From Mesotaenium endlicherianum (taxonomy: Eukaryota), in NCBI GenBank assembly GCA_009602735.1, contig WELA01002734.1:1-64000 (forward strand): a stretch of DNA of 64,000 nucleotides, in the 5' to 3' direction. Shown in pieces: positions 28,748 through 39,327 of this stretch (within the stretch, counting starts at the first letter, position 1; each line of letters starts with the position of its first letter). The notes beneath the pieces were generated by a model. It saw nothing but the letters and a program-made list of their open reading frames with translations, was not told the origin of the DNA and did no database searches. The translations under genes were made by a program, and so were the position numbers.

Positions 28748-29667
28748 TGATCTTTCATTTTAAGCATCCCCATGATCTGCTTCATCGTTTTATCCATGCC
28801 TTCCGGACTTCCATCGAGGAAAATGATATTGCCTTTACCGCCCTCGGCGAAGTTCTTAACGGCCTCGGTCCACATACTGAAAAGGATCACATTGGTATCC
28901 AGGTTGGCCTGTTTCATCTGCTCGGCAGCCTGGCTCATACCCCTGGCCACTTCTTCGCGGAAAAGGGCCACACCCTGGCCTCGCAGCCGTGCTGCCTCTT
29001 TCTCCGCTTCTGCCGATATCTTGATGGCATTTCCTTCTGCCTCTGCCGCCTTGGTCTTGGTAATGAGTAATGCCTGTCCTTCGTTCTCCGCGGCCGCTTT
29101 CAGGTTATTACTGGCCACTACCTTACTCATGCTGTCCATGATCTGCTTGTCGAATGTGATGTCGTTGATCTGCAGGTCCTGCAGGTGATAACCCCATTCT
29201 TCTAATGAATGATCGATCTGCTGCTTTACAAATTCCACAATTTCCCTTCGTAACAGCAATATCTCCGCCTGCTTTTTCGTAGCTACAAAAGCCCTGATGC
29301 TGCCTTCCACCGTTCTGATCAATGCCTGCATCAGGTCTTTATCGCTGATGAACTTGAATGCTACATTTTTAATGGTTTCTTCATCCTGGTTGATCACCGA
29401 ATACAACAGCATACTCTTGAAATATACGTTGGCCTGGTCTACCGTCACCGCCTGGAATTCCAGCTCCACAGAGCGGTTCTGAATGCTCACCGTTTTATAC
29501 ACCTGTTCCAGTATGGGTATCTTGAAATTCAATCCCGGCCTGAGTATCCGCTGGTATTTACCGAATAAAGTAATCACCGCAATGGATCCCTGGTTTACCG
29601 TAACCAGTCCGCTGAAGAAGATGAAGATGAGTATCAATACCCACCAATAAGCAGCTAGCAGTTGCAT
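28735..29667 (-). CDS. SPFH/Band 7 domain protein
   Basis: N-terminal TM, FGKYQRILRPGLNFKIP, AEAEG coiled coil. Confidence 0.9.
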   Translation of the reverse strand: MQLLAAYWWVLILIFIFFSGLVTVNQGSIAVITLFGKYQRILRPGLNFKIPILEQVYKTVSIQNRSVELEFQAVTVDQANVYFKSMLLYSVINQDEETIKNVAFKFISDKDLMQALIRTVEGSIRAFVATKKQAEILLLRREIVEFVKQQIDHSLEEWGYHLQDLQINDITFDKQIMDSMSKVVASNNLKAAAENEGQALLITKTKAAEAEGNAIKISAEAEKEAARLRGQGVALFREEVARGMSQAAEQMKQANLDTNVILFSMWTEAVKNFAEGGKGNIIFLDGSPEGMDKTMKQIMGMLKMKDQVVS

Positions 29668-29724
29668 AACATTAAATTTTGATGTAAGATAAGGAGAAAA
29701 AGACAGCTCGCTATTAATCTTTCA

Positions 29725-30309
29725 TCATGAAACGATGAAAACTTTCAGTTCCAACGGGCCATGAGCACCCACCACCAGCGATTGTTCTATATCGGCTGTT
29801 TTGGAAGGCCCGGCAATAAAGGTTCCGTACCCGTCTTCGTCTACCTGAATGCGCCGGTACGCTTCATGCATATTGTACACGATGTCTTTGGCATTGATCA
29901 CCAATACCAGCTTCCTGCATATAAACGGGAACAACCGGTTTACCATATCCGATTCACTCACCCAGATAGCGCCGTTTTCTGCCACCCCTACCCGTCCTTT
30001 GATGAAAGCAGTGTCCAGCGCTTCAAGCTCCGATGCATTGGCCTTTTTATATGCATTGATATTATAACCGTTGAGTTCGGCGATGGTGTTCACCAGGCGT
30101 GTACCCGCCTGTTGCAAGCTTTCCAGGTATTCGTCCACTTCACTCAACGATGTCACTTTTACACTCGTTGCCCCAATAAATTCCAGCGCTCCTATGAATA
30201 CATTCACCAGGTCGCCCTTCCTTTCAAAAAGCGGTATTTCGGGCAGTTCTACAGGCGCCGGCTTATTCGCGTTGATAGCTGCTAATATGTTTTCCCTGCT
30301 GTTACTCAT
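29725..30309 (-). CDS. lutC: Lactate utilisation protein LutC/YkgG (LUD domain)
   Basis: VAENGAIW, FIAGPSKTADIEQSLVVGAHGP. Confidence 0.9.
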   Translation of the reverse strand: MSNSRENILAAINANKPAPVELPEIPLFERKGDLVNVFIGALEFIGATSVKVTSLSEVDEYLESLQQAGTRLVNTIAELNGYNINAYKKANASELEALDTAFIKGRVGVAENGAIWVSESDMVNRLFPFICRKLVLVINAKDIVYNMHEAYRRIQVDEDGYGTFIAGPSKTADIEQSLVVGAHGPLELKVFIVS

Positions 30310-31681
30310 GGTTCCTGTTCTTTTTATACCAGTCTTTGAAACTTTCTTTGGGGGCCGATGGCATATCCCGTTGTTTATACCAGGGGTTGAGCCGGTTGTT
30401 CACTAAAAAAGGCAGGTATCGCATGAAGAACCTTGCCATACCGGTACTCAGCCGGTAGACAGCGGGCTTTGACAAAACACCTGTCATTAATTTCATCGAT
30501 GCTTTTTTCGCTGAACCTCCATAACCTTCCGCCATCAATACCTGCCGCCAGCTCCAAAGCTGTTCGTGTATATTGATCTTAACCGGACAAACATTGGTAC
30601 AGGAACCGCAAAGCGTGGAAGCGAAAGGAAGGTCTGCATTCTTGCGCATGTCCAGGTTGGGCGCCAGTATGGAACCAATCGGACCTGCCACCGAATTGTG
30701 ATAACTGTGTCCGCCGCTGCGCCGGTACACCGGGCAGGTATTGAAGCAGGCGGCACAGCGAATACATTTCAAAGAGTTCCTGAAAGCTTCCCTGCCCAAC
30801 TGTTCTGTTCTTCCGTTATTGACCAATACGATGTGCATTTCCTGTCCCGCTTTCGGGCGATGGAAATGACTCGAATAAGTAGTGATGGGTTGTCCTGTAG
30901 CGCTTCTCGCCAGCAGCCTTAAGAAAACAGAAAGGTCTTGTGCACGGGGTATGATCTTTTCAAAACCCATGCAGGCGATATGCACTTTGTTGGCATGCAC
31001 ACCCAGGTCGGCATTGCCTTCATTGGTGCAAACCACAATACCACCTGTTTCGGCTACTGCAAAATTTACTCCGGTGATGGCTGCATCTGCAGTAATGAAT
31101 TTTTTACGCAGTACTTGTCTTGCTGCGCGGGTAAGATATACCGGATCCTGGTTGTTTTTTTCTGTATGAAGGTGTTTGTGGAAAGTATTGCTGACGTCTT
31201 CTTTTTTCAGGTGAATGGCCGGCAACACGATATGACTCGGCGGCTCATTCCGCAGTTGCACAATGTATTCACCCAGGTCCGTATCAACCACCGATATTTT
31301 TCTTTCGGCGAGATAATGATTGAGTCCGCACTCTTCCGTAAGCATCGATTTGCTTTTCACCACATTCACCGCATTGTGATGCAGCAAAATCTCGTACACG
31401 ATCTGGTTGTGTTCCGCCGCGTTATTCGCCCAATGTACTTTGATGCCATTCTTTTTGGCATTGGCCTCAAATTGCAACAGGTATTCGTCGAGGTTCGATA
31501 ATGTATGCTCTTTGATCTGTGAACCCAGGTTGCGCAATGCTTCCCATTCGGGAATTTGATGCGCCGCTTTGTCTCTTTTAGCCCTTACGAACCAAAGTGT
31601 TTCGTCGTGCCATTGCGCGCGCTGACCGTTTTTGAGGAAAGCAGCGGCAGCCTTGTTATGATGGGTGGCAGGTTGACTCAT
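30302..31681 (-). CDS. lutB: Lactate utilisation Fe-S protein LutB/YkgF
   Basis: KSKSMLTEE, TDLGEYIVQL, TNEGNA, CIRCAACFNTCP, STLCGSCTNVCP. Confidence 0.93.
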   Translation of the reverse strand: MSQPATHHNKAAAAFLKNGQRAQWHDETLWFVRAKRDKAAHQIPEWEALRNLGSQIKEHTLSNLDEYLLQFEANAKKNGIKVHWANNAAEHNQIVYEILLHHNAVNVVKSKSMLTEECGLNHYLAERKISVVDTDLGEYIVQLRNEPPSHIVLPAIHLKKEDVSNTFHKHLHTEKNNQDPVYLTRAARQVLRKKFITADAAITGVNFAVAETGGIVVCTNEGNADLGVHANKVHIACMGFEKIIPRAQDLSVFLRLLARSATGQPITTYSSHFHRPKAGQEMHIVLVNNGRTEQLGREAFRNSLKCIRCAACFNTCPVYRRSGGHSYHNSVAGPIGSILAPNLDMRKNADLPFASTLCGSCTNVCPVKINIHEQLWSWRQVLMAEGYGGSAKKASMKLMTGVLSKPAVYRLSTGMARFFMRYLPFLVNNRLNPWYKQRDMPSAPKESFKDWYKKNRNHE

Positions 31682-32412
31682 TGCGTGTTTAAAATTTCAG
31701 CGAGGTGAATGACCTTGATATCGATCTTTTGCCTTTTCAATAATCCCTCCAGGTGCATCAGGCAACTCATATCGCCGCCTGTGATATAATGCACGCCGTT
31801 TGCCAGGTGCTCTTTGATGCGGGTATTACCCATGCTTACCGACACGGCTTCTTCCGTTACACAAAAAGTACCGCCAAAACCACAGCACTCATCGGCGCGT
31901 GAAGTGCGGAATAATTCCAGGCCATCCACGGTACTCAACAGGGCTTCTGCTTTGGAAAAAGGCTTCTCTACTTTTTCACTCATGGAAGAAAGATGCAACA
32001 TGCGTTGTCCGTGGCAACTTACATGGAGACCTACTTTGTGCGGAAAAGAAGCTTTCACTCCTTCCAGCTTCAACACATCGGTGATGAATTCCGTCAGTTC
32101 GTATATACGCTCGCGGATAGTAGCGGCCGCATTGGGTTCTTCCGCTGAATGCAAATGCTCTTTTATATGGAGCGCGCAACTTCCCGAGGGACAAACAATG
32201 TATTCATAACCGGAAAAATTGGCTATGAAATTTTTATCACATCCGCCTGCCATAGAAGCAAAACCTGAATTGGCCATGGGTTGTCCGCAACAGGTTTGTT
32301 TCAGCGGGTAATGTACTTCGCATCCATAACGTTCCAGCAACTCTAGTGTGGCAACGGCCACCTGCGGATAAAACTGATCTACATAACAGGGTATGAATAA
32401 TCCTACTTTCAT
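31678..32412 (-). CDS. lutA: Lactate utilisation protein LutA/YkgE (CCG domains)
   Basis: QTCCGQP, PSGSC, ECCGFGGTF, DMSCLMHL. Confidence 0.92.
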   Translation of the reverse strand: MKVGLFIPCYVDQFYPQVAVATLELLERYGCEVHYPLKQTCCGQPMANSGFASMAGGCDKNFIANFSGYEYIVCPSGSCALHIKEHLHSAEEPNAAATIRERIYELTEFITDVLKLEGVKASFPHKVGLHVSCHGQRMLHLSSMSEKVEKPFSKAEALLSTVDGLELFRTSRADECCGFGGTFCVTEEAVSVSMGNTRIKEHLANGVHYITGGDMSCLMHLEGLLKRQKIDIKVIHLAEILNTQ

Positions 32413-32414
32413 GA

Positions 32415-34070
32415 TTACAGGCTTACACCTCTTTTCCACGGAATAAAATCGTCCTGGCCTAATAAAACGGCTTTGGGTATCACTTCTCCGCTCGCTGCTT
32501 TGATGCAGTATTCCAGTATCTCCTCTCCCATCTGTTCAATTGTTTTTTCGCCGGTGATGATGCCTCCCGTATCGATATCGATAATATCGCCCATGCGTTT
32601 TGCCAATGTTGAATTGGTTGACAGTTTGATGGTAGGCGCAACAGGATTTCCTGTAGGCGTTCCCAAACCGGTAGTGAACAATATCAATGTAGCGCCTGCC
32701 GCCGCCTTACCGGTAGTGGCTTCCACATCATTACCCGGTGTACATACCAGGCTCAGTCCGGCTTTGGTAGCGGGCTCTGTATAATCCAGTACATCCACCA
32801 CCGGCGAAGTGCCACCTTTGCGTGCAGCGCCTGTTGATTTGATCGCATCGGTAATGAGTCCGTCTTTGATATTACCGGGTGATGGGTTCATGTAAAATCC
32901 CGATCCTACTTTATTGGCCAATGCATCGTAAGTCTGCATGAGGTGAATGAATTTTTCGGCTGCCTCTTTTGTTACACAACGGTCTATCATTTGCTGTTCG
33001 GCTCCACAAAGCTCTGGGAATTCTGCCAGCAATACTTTAGCGCCCAAAGCCACCAGCAGGTCGGCACTATAGCCCACCGCCGGGTTAGCGGAGATACCGC
33101 TGAAACCATCGCTGCCACCACATTTCACGCCAACCGTCAATTCACTCAGCGGTGCAGGCTCGCGCATTATCTTATTCGCTTCCACCAATCCATTGAAAGT
33201 AGTGCGTATCGCATCAATGATCAACTGCTCTTCACTCTGTGCTTTCTGTTGTTCAAAAACAAATAGCGGTTTATCAAAAGAAGGGTTCCGTTTTTTGAGG
33301 TCTTTCAGGAACATCTCTGTCTGCAGGTGCTGGCATCCCAGGCTCAACACAGTAATACCGGCAACATTGGGATGGTCTGCATAAGCAGCCAGCAAAGCGC
33401 TGAGTGTTTCTGCATCCTGGCGGGTACCGCCGCATCCGCCGGTATGGTTCAGGAATTTGATGCCATCTATGTTTTTGAAATAACGTTTTTCTTTCGCAGT
33501 TGCGGCGGGTGAAAGATCAAGGTGACTGATATCGGCGCCTGCCTGGTAAGCTGCGAGGAGTTCGCGGGTATAGCGTGTGTATTTATCTGAAACAGCATAA
33601 CCCAGTTCATTGTGCAGCGCTTCCCGTATCATATCGAGGTTCCGGTTCTCACAAAATACAGTGGGAATGAACAACCAGTAATTGGCCGTTCCGAATTTTC
33701 CATTGCTTCTTTTGTATCCGAGAAAAGTTCTGTTTGTAAATTTCGATGCATCGGGTACATGCCATTGATAATGTGCATCCCGGTATCCATAAGCGCCTGC
33801 CGCGTGTTTGGTATTGGCGGTTGTCATCAGTTGTCCTTTTTCTACAGCTGATTGCAGTTTACCTACCAGCACACCATACATAATCACTTCATCACCGGCT
33901 TTCATATCGGAAATGAAGAATTTGTGTTTGGCCGGAATATTTTCTTTCAGTGTAATACTATTCTCATGCTCTTCAATGATAGCGCCTGCGGCCAGGTTTC
34001 CCAGGGCAACCAATACATTATCGGAAGGATGGATCTTTAAAAAATTGCGGGTCTTAGCGGTTGTATCCAT
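32415..34070 (-). CDS. uxaA: UxaA/GarD-family sugar-acid dehydratase (altronate dehydratase-like)
   Basis: SAF domain (DNVLVAL, HKF, YG), GGCGG, LGCQ, CGGSDGFSGISANP, NPSPGNIKDGL. Confidence 0.9.
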   Translation of the reverse strand: MDTTAKTRNFLKIHPSDNVLVALGNLAAGAIIEEHENSITLKENIPAKHKFFISDMKAGDEVIMYGVLVGKLQSAVEKGQLMTTANTKHAAGAYGYRDAHYQWHVPDASKFTNRTFLGYKRSNGKFGTANYWLFIPTVFCENRNLDMIREALHNELGYAVSDKYTRYTRELLAAYQAGADISHLDLSPAATAKEKRYFKNIDGIKFLNHTGGCGGTRQDAETLSALLAAYADHPNVAGITVLSLGCQHLQTEMFLKDLKKRNPSFDKPLFVFEQQKAQSEEQLIIDAIRTTFNGLVEANKIMREPAPLSELTVGVKCGGSDGFSGISANPAVGYSADLLVALGAKVLLAEFPELCGAEQQMIDRCVTKEAAEKFIHLMQTYDALANKVGSGFYMNPSPGNIKDGLITDAIKSTGAARKGGTSPVVDVLDYTEPATKAGLSLVCTPGNDVEATTGKAAAGATLILFTTGLGTPTGNPVAPTIKLSTNSTLAKRMGDIIDIDTGGIITGEKTIEQMGEEILEYCIKAASGEVIPKAVLLGQDDFIPWKRGVSL

Positions 34071-34307
34071 GTATTGTTAGATTATTCAATGCGAAATTGC
34101 ATCATTTTCAGGGCCCAAATAACGATTGAATGTAACTGCAAGCAGTAAGCCAGGCTTACGTTTTATTCACTTATTCTAACCTCCGGGAACGTTTGCGTAA
34201 AAAAACCTGCTTCCTGCGGCCGCTGCCATGCGCCCGCCTCAAAATTAACTTATATTTACCCCAAATCGATTGCTTTGCCTCATTTTCATGTCAAAATAGC
34301 TAACTAA

Positions 34308-35174
34308 ATGCGCCCCCAGTTATTGAAGATATCGCAGGGTCCGGGCCATTCATTTAGTGTCCGGCAGGATCTTTACCCCATCAACAACCGTTGGCATTAC
34401 CACGGTGAAGTAGAGTTGATCCATATTAAAAAAGGAGACGGTACCCAGTTCGTAGGTGATAACATCAGCCGCTTCAAATCGGGCGATGTAGTGATCATTG
34501 GCAGCAACCTGCCCCACTACTGGCGTTTCGATGATACGTATTACGAGGAAGACACCAAATCGGGCGCCGATATCAGGGTAGCCCATTTCAATGAGAAATT
34601 CTGGGGCGACCAGTTTCTCCAGCTTCCGGAGAACATCAGCATCCGCAGTGCATTGGAAAAAGGGAAACGAGGCGTACGCATCAACGGCAAAGCCAGGCAA
34701 CGAATTGCCGATATACTGGAAGAGCTCATGAAAGCCGAAGGCCCGAACCGTGTATCCTTGCTGATGGAAGCGCTCACCGTGATTGGTAATTGCCAGAATT
34801 ATTCTTTCATCTCTTCAATAGGCTTCAAACACGATTTTGTGGAATCGGAAAACGATCGCATCAATGCCATCTATGAATATTCCATCCGGAATTTCAAGAA
34901 CAAGATCCACCTTGAAGAGATCGCGGCAATGGCCAATATCAGTCCCAACTCTTTCTGCCGCTATTTCAAATCACGTACCCGCAAAACTTTTTCCCAGTTT
35001 TTGATCGAGCTGCGGGTGGGTCATGCATGCAAATTGCTGATCGAAAACAATTTCAGCATCAAACAGATCTGTTATGAGAGCGGCTTCAACAATTTTACCA
35101 GCTTTCATAAGTATTTCAAAGTGATTACCGGGAAAAGTCCGTTGGCTTATCAGAAAGAGTTTACTGCGAATTAA
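34308..35174 (+). CDS. AraC family transcriptional regulator
   Basis: Cupin WHYHGEVEL; C-terminal HTH FCRYFK...ESGFNNFTSFHKYFK. Confidence 0.93.
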   Translation: MRPQLLKISQGPGHSFSVRQDLYPINNRWHYHGEVELIHIKKGDGTQFVGDNISRFKSGDVVIIGSNLPHYWRFDDTYYEEDTKSGADIRVAHFNEKFWGDQFLQLPENISIRSALEKGKRGVRINGKARQRIADILEELMKAEGPNRVSLLMEALTVIGNCQNYSFISSIGFKHDFVESENDRINAIYEYSIRNFKNKIHLEEIAAMANISPNSFCRYFKSRTRKTFSQFLIELRVGHACKLLIENNFSIKQICYESGFNNFTSFHKYFKVITGKSPLAYQKEFTAN

Positions 35175-35177
35175 CAA

Positions 35178-35262
35178 CTCAATGTAATTTGTCAATTTGA
35201 CAATTCGATAATTACCTGGTTTTACCATGTAAACTTTTTACTTTCATTGAGTATTGAGCCAT
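35178..35262. repeat. Second copy of the REP-like 8-mer/ATTGAG element
   Basis: CTCAATGTAATTTGTCAATTTGACAATTCGATAAT is near the reverse complement of 16288-16330; CATTGAGTATTGAGCCAT is identical to 16332-16349. Confidence 0.7.
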
Positions 35263-35282
35263 CCTCCCTTATAAATTACCTT

Positions 35283-37439
35283 ATGAAAAAATGCATTTGT
35301 ACCCTATTTTGTACCCTCCTGGTTTTTCTTGTAAACGCGCAGAGCGACCGGCAGATATTGCTGGAAACAAAAAATACTGCGCTGTTACTTTCCATTGGCG
35401 CTAACCAGCGCGTTACCCAATCTTATTTTGGTAAAAAACTACAACCGGCAGATTATGCTTTATTGAAAGGCGGCCGCGAAGTGTACCTCACGGCAGGTAT
35501 GGAAAATCAGAACGAACCCGCCGTACGGGTGGTGCATGCAGATGGCAACCCTTCACTGGAGCTGCAATATGTTGCTCACAAAACGATCAGTTCGGGTGGA
35601 GACAGCAGCACTACCGGCATTCTGCTGAGAGACCCGCAATATCCGTTCGAAGTAACTTTATATTATACGCTCTATTACAATGAAGATGTGATCAAGGCAT
35701 GGACCGAGATCAGGAACAATGAAAAGAAACCGGTACAACTTACCGCTTATGCATCTTCCCTCCTGCATTTCAATGCCAATGCTTATTGGCTCACACAGTT
35801 TCATGGCGATTGGGCGCGCGAAATGAATAAGGTAGAAGAGCCATTGAACAACGGCATCAAAACACTGGAAAGCAAACTGGGTACACGTAGCAACTTCTAC
35901 CAAACACAGGTATTTTTTGTTTCACTGGATAAGCCTTCTACTGAAACAGATGGCGAACTCATAGCAGGTACACTCAACTGGACCGGGAACTTCAGGTACA
36001 GTTTTGAAATTGATCAGCGCAACGGGTTGCGCGTATTGTCGGGCATCAATCCTTTTGCTTCAGAATATGCACTTCAACCGGCAGAAACTTTTACCACGCC
36101 TGCATTTCTTTTTACCTGGTCGGGAAATGGAAAAGGATTGGCTAGTCGCAACCTGCATAACTGGGCACGCAACTACGGTGTGATGGATGGCAATGGCAAC
36201 AGGATGGTATTGTTGAACAACTGGGAAGCTACGGATGTCAGGTTCAATGAAAACCGTTTGGTGGAATTGTTTGGTGAAGCAAAAAAATTAGGCACCGATC
36301 TGTTCCTGCTGGATGATGGATGGTTTGGTAACAAGTATCCGCGCAACGATGATAAAAACGGGCTGGGCGATTGGCAGGAAGACAAAGCGAAACTGCCGAG
36401 TGGGTTGGGTTACCTGGTGAAAGAAGCGGAGAAACAAGGCGTGAAATTCGGTATCTGGCTCGAACCCGAAATGGTCAATCCGAAAAGTGAACTTTACGAA
36501 CAGCATCCCGATTGGATATTGAAATTACCCAACAGGCCGGAAAATTATGGCCGCAATCAATTGGTACTCGATCTCACGAATCCCAAAGTGCAGGATTTTG
36601 TGTTCTCGATTGTAGACAATATGCTGACGAAAACACCCGGTATCGCTTTCATCAAATGGGATTGTAACCGCAGCATGACCAATGCCTGGTCGCCTTACCT
36701 GGGCAGCAGCCGGCAATCACAGTTGTATATTGAATACACACGGAGTTTCTACAAGGTCATGGATCGCATCCGTGCCAAATATCCCACATTGCCCATCATG
36801 CTATGCTCAGGTGGTGGTGGCAGAACCGATTATGGCGCGTTGAAATATTTTACGGAGTTCTGGCCCAGCGATAATACCGATCCACTCTCTCGCATTTATA
36901 TACAGTGGGGCTATTCTTATTTCTTTCCCGCCAATACCATGGCTGCGCATATTACCGGCATGGGTAAACAATCGTTGAAATACAAGACCGATGTTGCCAT
37001 GATGGGCAGGATGGGCTATGATATACGCACCAATAATTTCACGCCGCAGGAATTGCAGTTCAGCGAAGAAGCCGTGAAGACTTACAAACGCATCAGTCCG
37101 GTGATCTGGCGTGGCGATCTGTACCGGCTCGTTTCTCCTTATGAAAACAATCGCGCAGTGCTCATGTATGTAAGCAAGGATCAAAACCAGGCGATCTTAT
37201 TCAACTATCACCTGAACAGTACCCGCAGCGATGTATTCGGGAAAGTGCGGTTACAAGGACTTGATCCGAAGAAAAAATACCGCATCAGAGAGATCAACCT
37301 GTTTCCGGGTACTACGTCTGCAATGGCCGATCATGACAAAGTATTTTCGGGTGAATACCTGCTGCAGGCAGGCCTTAACCTGTCTGTAAGAACTACTCCC
37401 CTAACCAGTAACGTATATGAATTAACTGCGGAGCCATAA
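35283..37439 (+). CDS. Alpha-galactosidase, GH36
   Basis: Signal peptide; LNNWEA, LDDGWFG, FGIWLEPEMVN, IKWDCN, CSGGGGR, WPSDNTD. Confidence 0.95.
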   Translation: MKKCICTLFCTLLVFLVNAQSDRQILLETKNTALLLSIGANQRVTQSYFGKKLQPADYALLKGGREVYLTAGMENQNEPAVRVVHADGNPSLELQYVAHKTISSGGDSSTTGILLRDPQYPFEVTLYYTLYYNEDVIKAWTEIRNNEKKPVQLTAYASSLLHFNANAYWLTQFHGDWAREMNKVEEPLNNGIKTLESKLGTRSNFYQTQVFFVSLDKPSTETDGELIAGTLNWTGNFRYSFEIDQRNGLRVLSGINPFASEYALQPAETFTTPAFLFTWSGNGKGLASRNLHNWARNYGVMDGNGNRMVLLNNWEATDVRFNENRLVELFGEAKKLGTDLFLLDDGWFGNKYPRNDDKNGLGDWQEDKAKLPSGLGYLVKEAEKQGVKFGIWLEPEMVNPKSELYEQHPDWILKLPNRPENYGRNQLVLDLTNPKVQDFVFSIVDNMLTKTPGIAFIKWDCNRSMTNAWSPYLGSSRQSQLYIEYTRSFYKVMDRIRAKYPTLPIMLCSGGGGRTDYGALKYFTEFWPSDNTDPLSRIYIQWGYSYFFPANTMAAHITGMGKQSLKYKTDVAMMGRMGYDIRTNNFTPQELQFSEEAVKTYKRISPVIWRGDLYRLVSPYENNRAVLMYVSKDQNQAILFNYHLNSTRSDVFGKVRLQGLDPKKKYRIREINLFPGTTSAMADHDKVFSGEYLLQAGLNLSVRTTPLTSNVYELTAEP

Positions 37440-37480
37440 ATTTGTATTTTTCATTATATTTAGCTATTCAATAATACTTC

Positions 37481-38296
37481 ATGAAACAATTATTCTTTCT
37501 TCTGCTGGCGATGGCAACAGGTACCTGTTTTGCACAACAGCATAAACTTGAAAAGATTTGGGAAACTGATACGGTAGTAGCTGTACCGGAATCTGTATTG
37601 CCTGTTGGCGATATTTTGTATGTCTCGCAGATAGATGGAGCCCCCTGGACAGCCGATGGTAAAGGGGGAGTAGCCAAGATTGATAAGGATGGAAAGATCA
37701 TTGACCTTCACTGGATAACCGGTCTCAATGCCCCTAAGGGATTGGGTATTTATCAAAACCGTTTATATGTAGCAGATATTTCTGATGTAGTGGTTATCAA
37801 TATCAAAAAAGGAAAAGTAGAAAAAAAGATCCGTGTTGCCGATGCCAACGGATTGAATGATATCACCGTAACCGATAAAGGCGTTGTGTTTGTCTCTGAT
37901 ACGAAACAAAGCAAAGTATGGCGCATTGAGAATGATGTACCGGCCTTGTACCTCGATGGCATGAAGAGTGCAAATGGACTCAAAGTTGTCAAAGATGGAC
38001 TGGTAATAGGCGCCGGCAAGGACTTTCTAAAAGCCGACGCGCAAAAAAAGGTTACAAAAATTGCCGATGTTCCCCAACCCATCGATGGTATTGAGCCGGT
38101 AGGCAATGGCGATTTTATTGTAACCGCATGGAGCGGATGGGTATTTTATGTATATGCCAATGGCACCGTTGAGACTTTATTGGAAACACACGAACAAAAA
38201 AAGAATACGGCCGATATTGGCTATGACCCGGTTAAGCGGATCGTATATATTCCTTCCTTCAATGGCAAAACAGTAGCGGCTTACAAGCTGTTATGA
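37481..38296 (+). CDS. Secreted beta-propeller protein (SMP-30/gluconolactonase-like)
   Basis: Signal peptide; PESV, GLNAPKG, LNDI, ANGL, DGIE and ADIG blade motifs. Confidence 0.7.
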   Translation: MKQLFFLLLAMATGTCFAQQHKLEKIWETDTVVAVPESVLPVGDILYVSQIDGAPWTADGKGGVAKIDKDGKIIDLHWITGLNAPKGLGIYQNRLYVADISDVVVINIKKGKVEKKIRVADANGLNDITVTDKGVVFVSDTKQSKVWRIENDVPALYLDGMKSANGLKVVKDGLVIGAGKDFLKADAQKKVTKIADVPQPIDGIEPVGNGDFIVTAWSGWVFYVYANGTVETLLETHEQKKNTADIGYDPVKRIVYIPSFNGKTVAAYKLL

Positions 38297-39282
38297 TTTT
38301 GCTGCTCATGCATATAGGCGTCCCTGGTTACCCTGGCTGTTTTATGCGAACCGGTATGGCTCCATCCCGGCGGCATGATGATGTATAGTAATTTATTTTT
38401 TATGCCCGGGGCTTTTACTACATCTTTCCACAAACAAATGATCTCGCCAAAATAAGCATCCCATAAACTGTTCGGGTTCATCTCGCGGGTAATGCCGTAT
38501 TCTATTTTAACATCACACTGCTCTTGCTGGTAAGTCTTGAATACTTTATCCCAAATATTCAGCAGGTTGCAAAAATTGGTATCCATATATAATGGATTGC
38601 GTGCATGGTGTACGCGATGATGCGAAGGGGTTAACAATATTTTGTTGAATATACCCAGCCTGGCATCTTTCATTATATTCTCCCCGATATGAATAAATGA
38701 GCCCCAGAAACCATCTATAAACATGATCAGGAACAGCATGGGCGGATTCACACCCATAATAATACAGATGGAAGTGCGTATCACATCTGCATAAGGCGCT
38801 TCCAAAAAGAAATGTGCGAAGTTCACGAAAAGGTTCATCTGCTGCGGCGCATGGTGGGTAGAATGCAGGCACCACAACAGTCGTACCTTATGCGCCAGGA
38901 AATGATAGACAAAGTGGGCTAACTCCCATACAATATAACCATACAGCAACCAGTACCAGGTAAACGATGTTTTTACGATTGCCCATTTCCCAAAAAGGCC
39001 GATACAAAAACTGACAGCTGCTATTGAAATAAAACGGGATAAAAACCGGTTCAGTACAAATACCAGGAACGGAACTTTATAGTCTTCTATCCTGAATCGT
39101 TTATACACAACCGCCCTGATTATTTCTATGATCAATAAGAGCGGAATAAGCGGGTAAATGAAATTGGCAATTCCATCGAATGTTGAGAGCGAGGAGTAAT
39201 CGCCTTTTTTAACCATTTCTATAATACCTCCCAGGCCCAGGAAACCAATCAATTCCTGGTAAAGGATTTCAAATACTTTCAT
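38281..39282 (-). CDS. Sterol desaturase / fatty acid hydroxylase family protein
   Basis: His boxes YHFLAH, HSTHH, HHRVHH; TM segments. Confidence 0.88.
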   Translation of the reverse strand: MKVFEILYQELIGFLGLGGIIEMVKKGDYSSLSTFDGIANFIYPLIPLLLIIEIIRAVVYKRFRIEDYKVPFLVFVLNRFLSRFISIAAVSFCIGLFGKWAIVKTSFTWYWLLYGYIVWELAHFVYHFLAHKVRLLWCLHSTHHAPQQMNLFVNFAHFFLEAPYADVIRTSICIIMGVNPPMLFLIMFIDGFWGSFIHIGENIMKDARLGIFNKILLTPSHHRVHHARNPLYMDTNFCNLLNIWDKVFKTYQQEQCDVKIEYGITREMNPNSLWDAYFGEIICLWKDVVKAPGIKNKLLYIIMPPGWSHTGSHKTARVTRDAYMHEQQNHNSL

Positions 39283-39327
39283 ACGGCAATCGTTGTATTA
39301 ATGAATCGTAAGTTACATCCTTATTGT

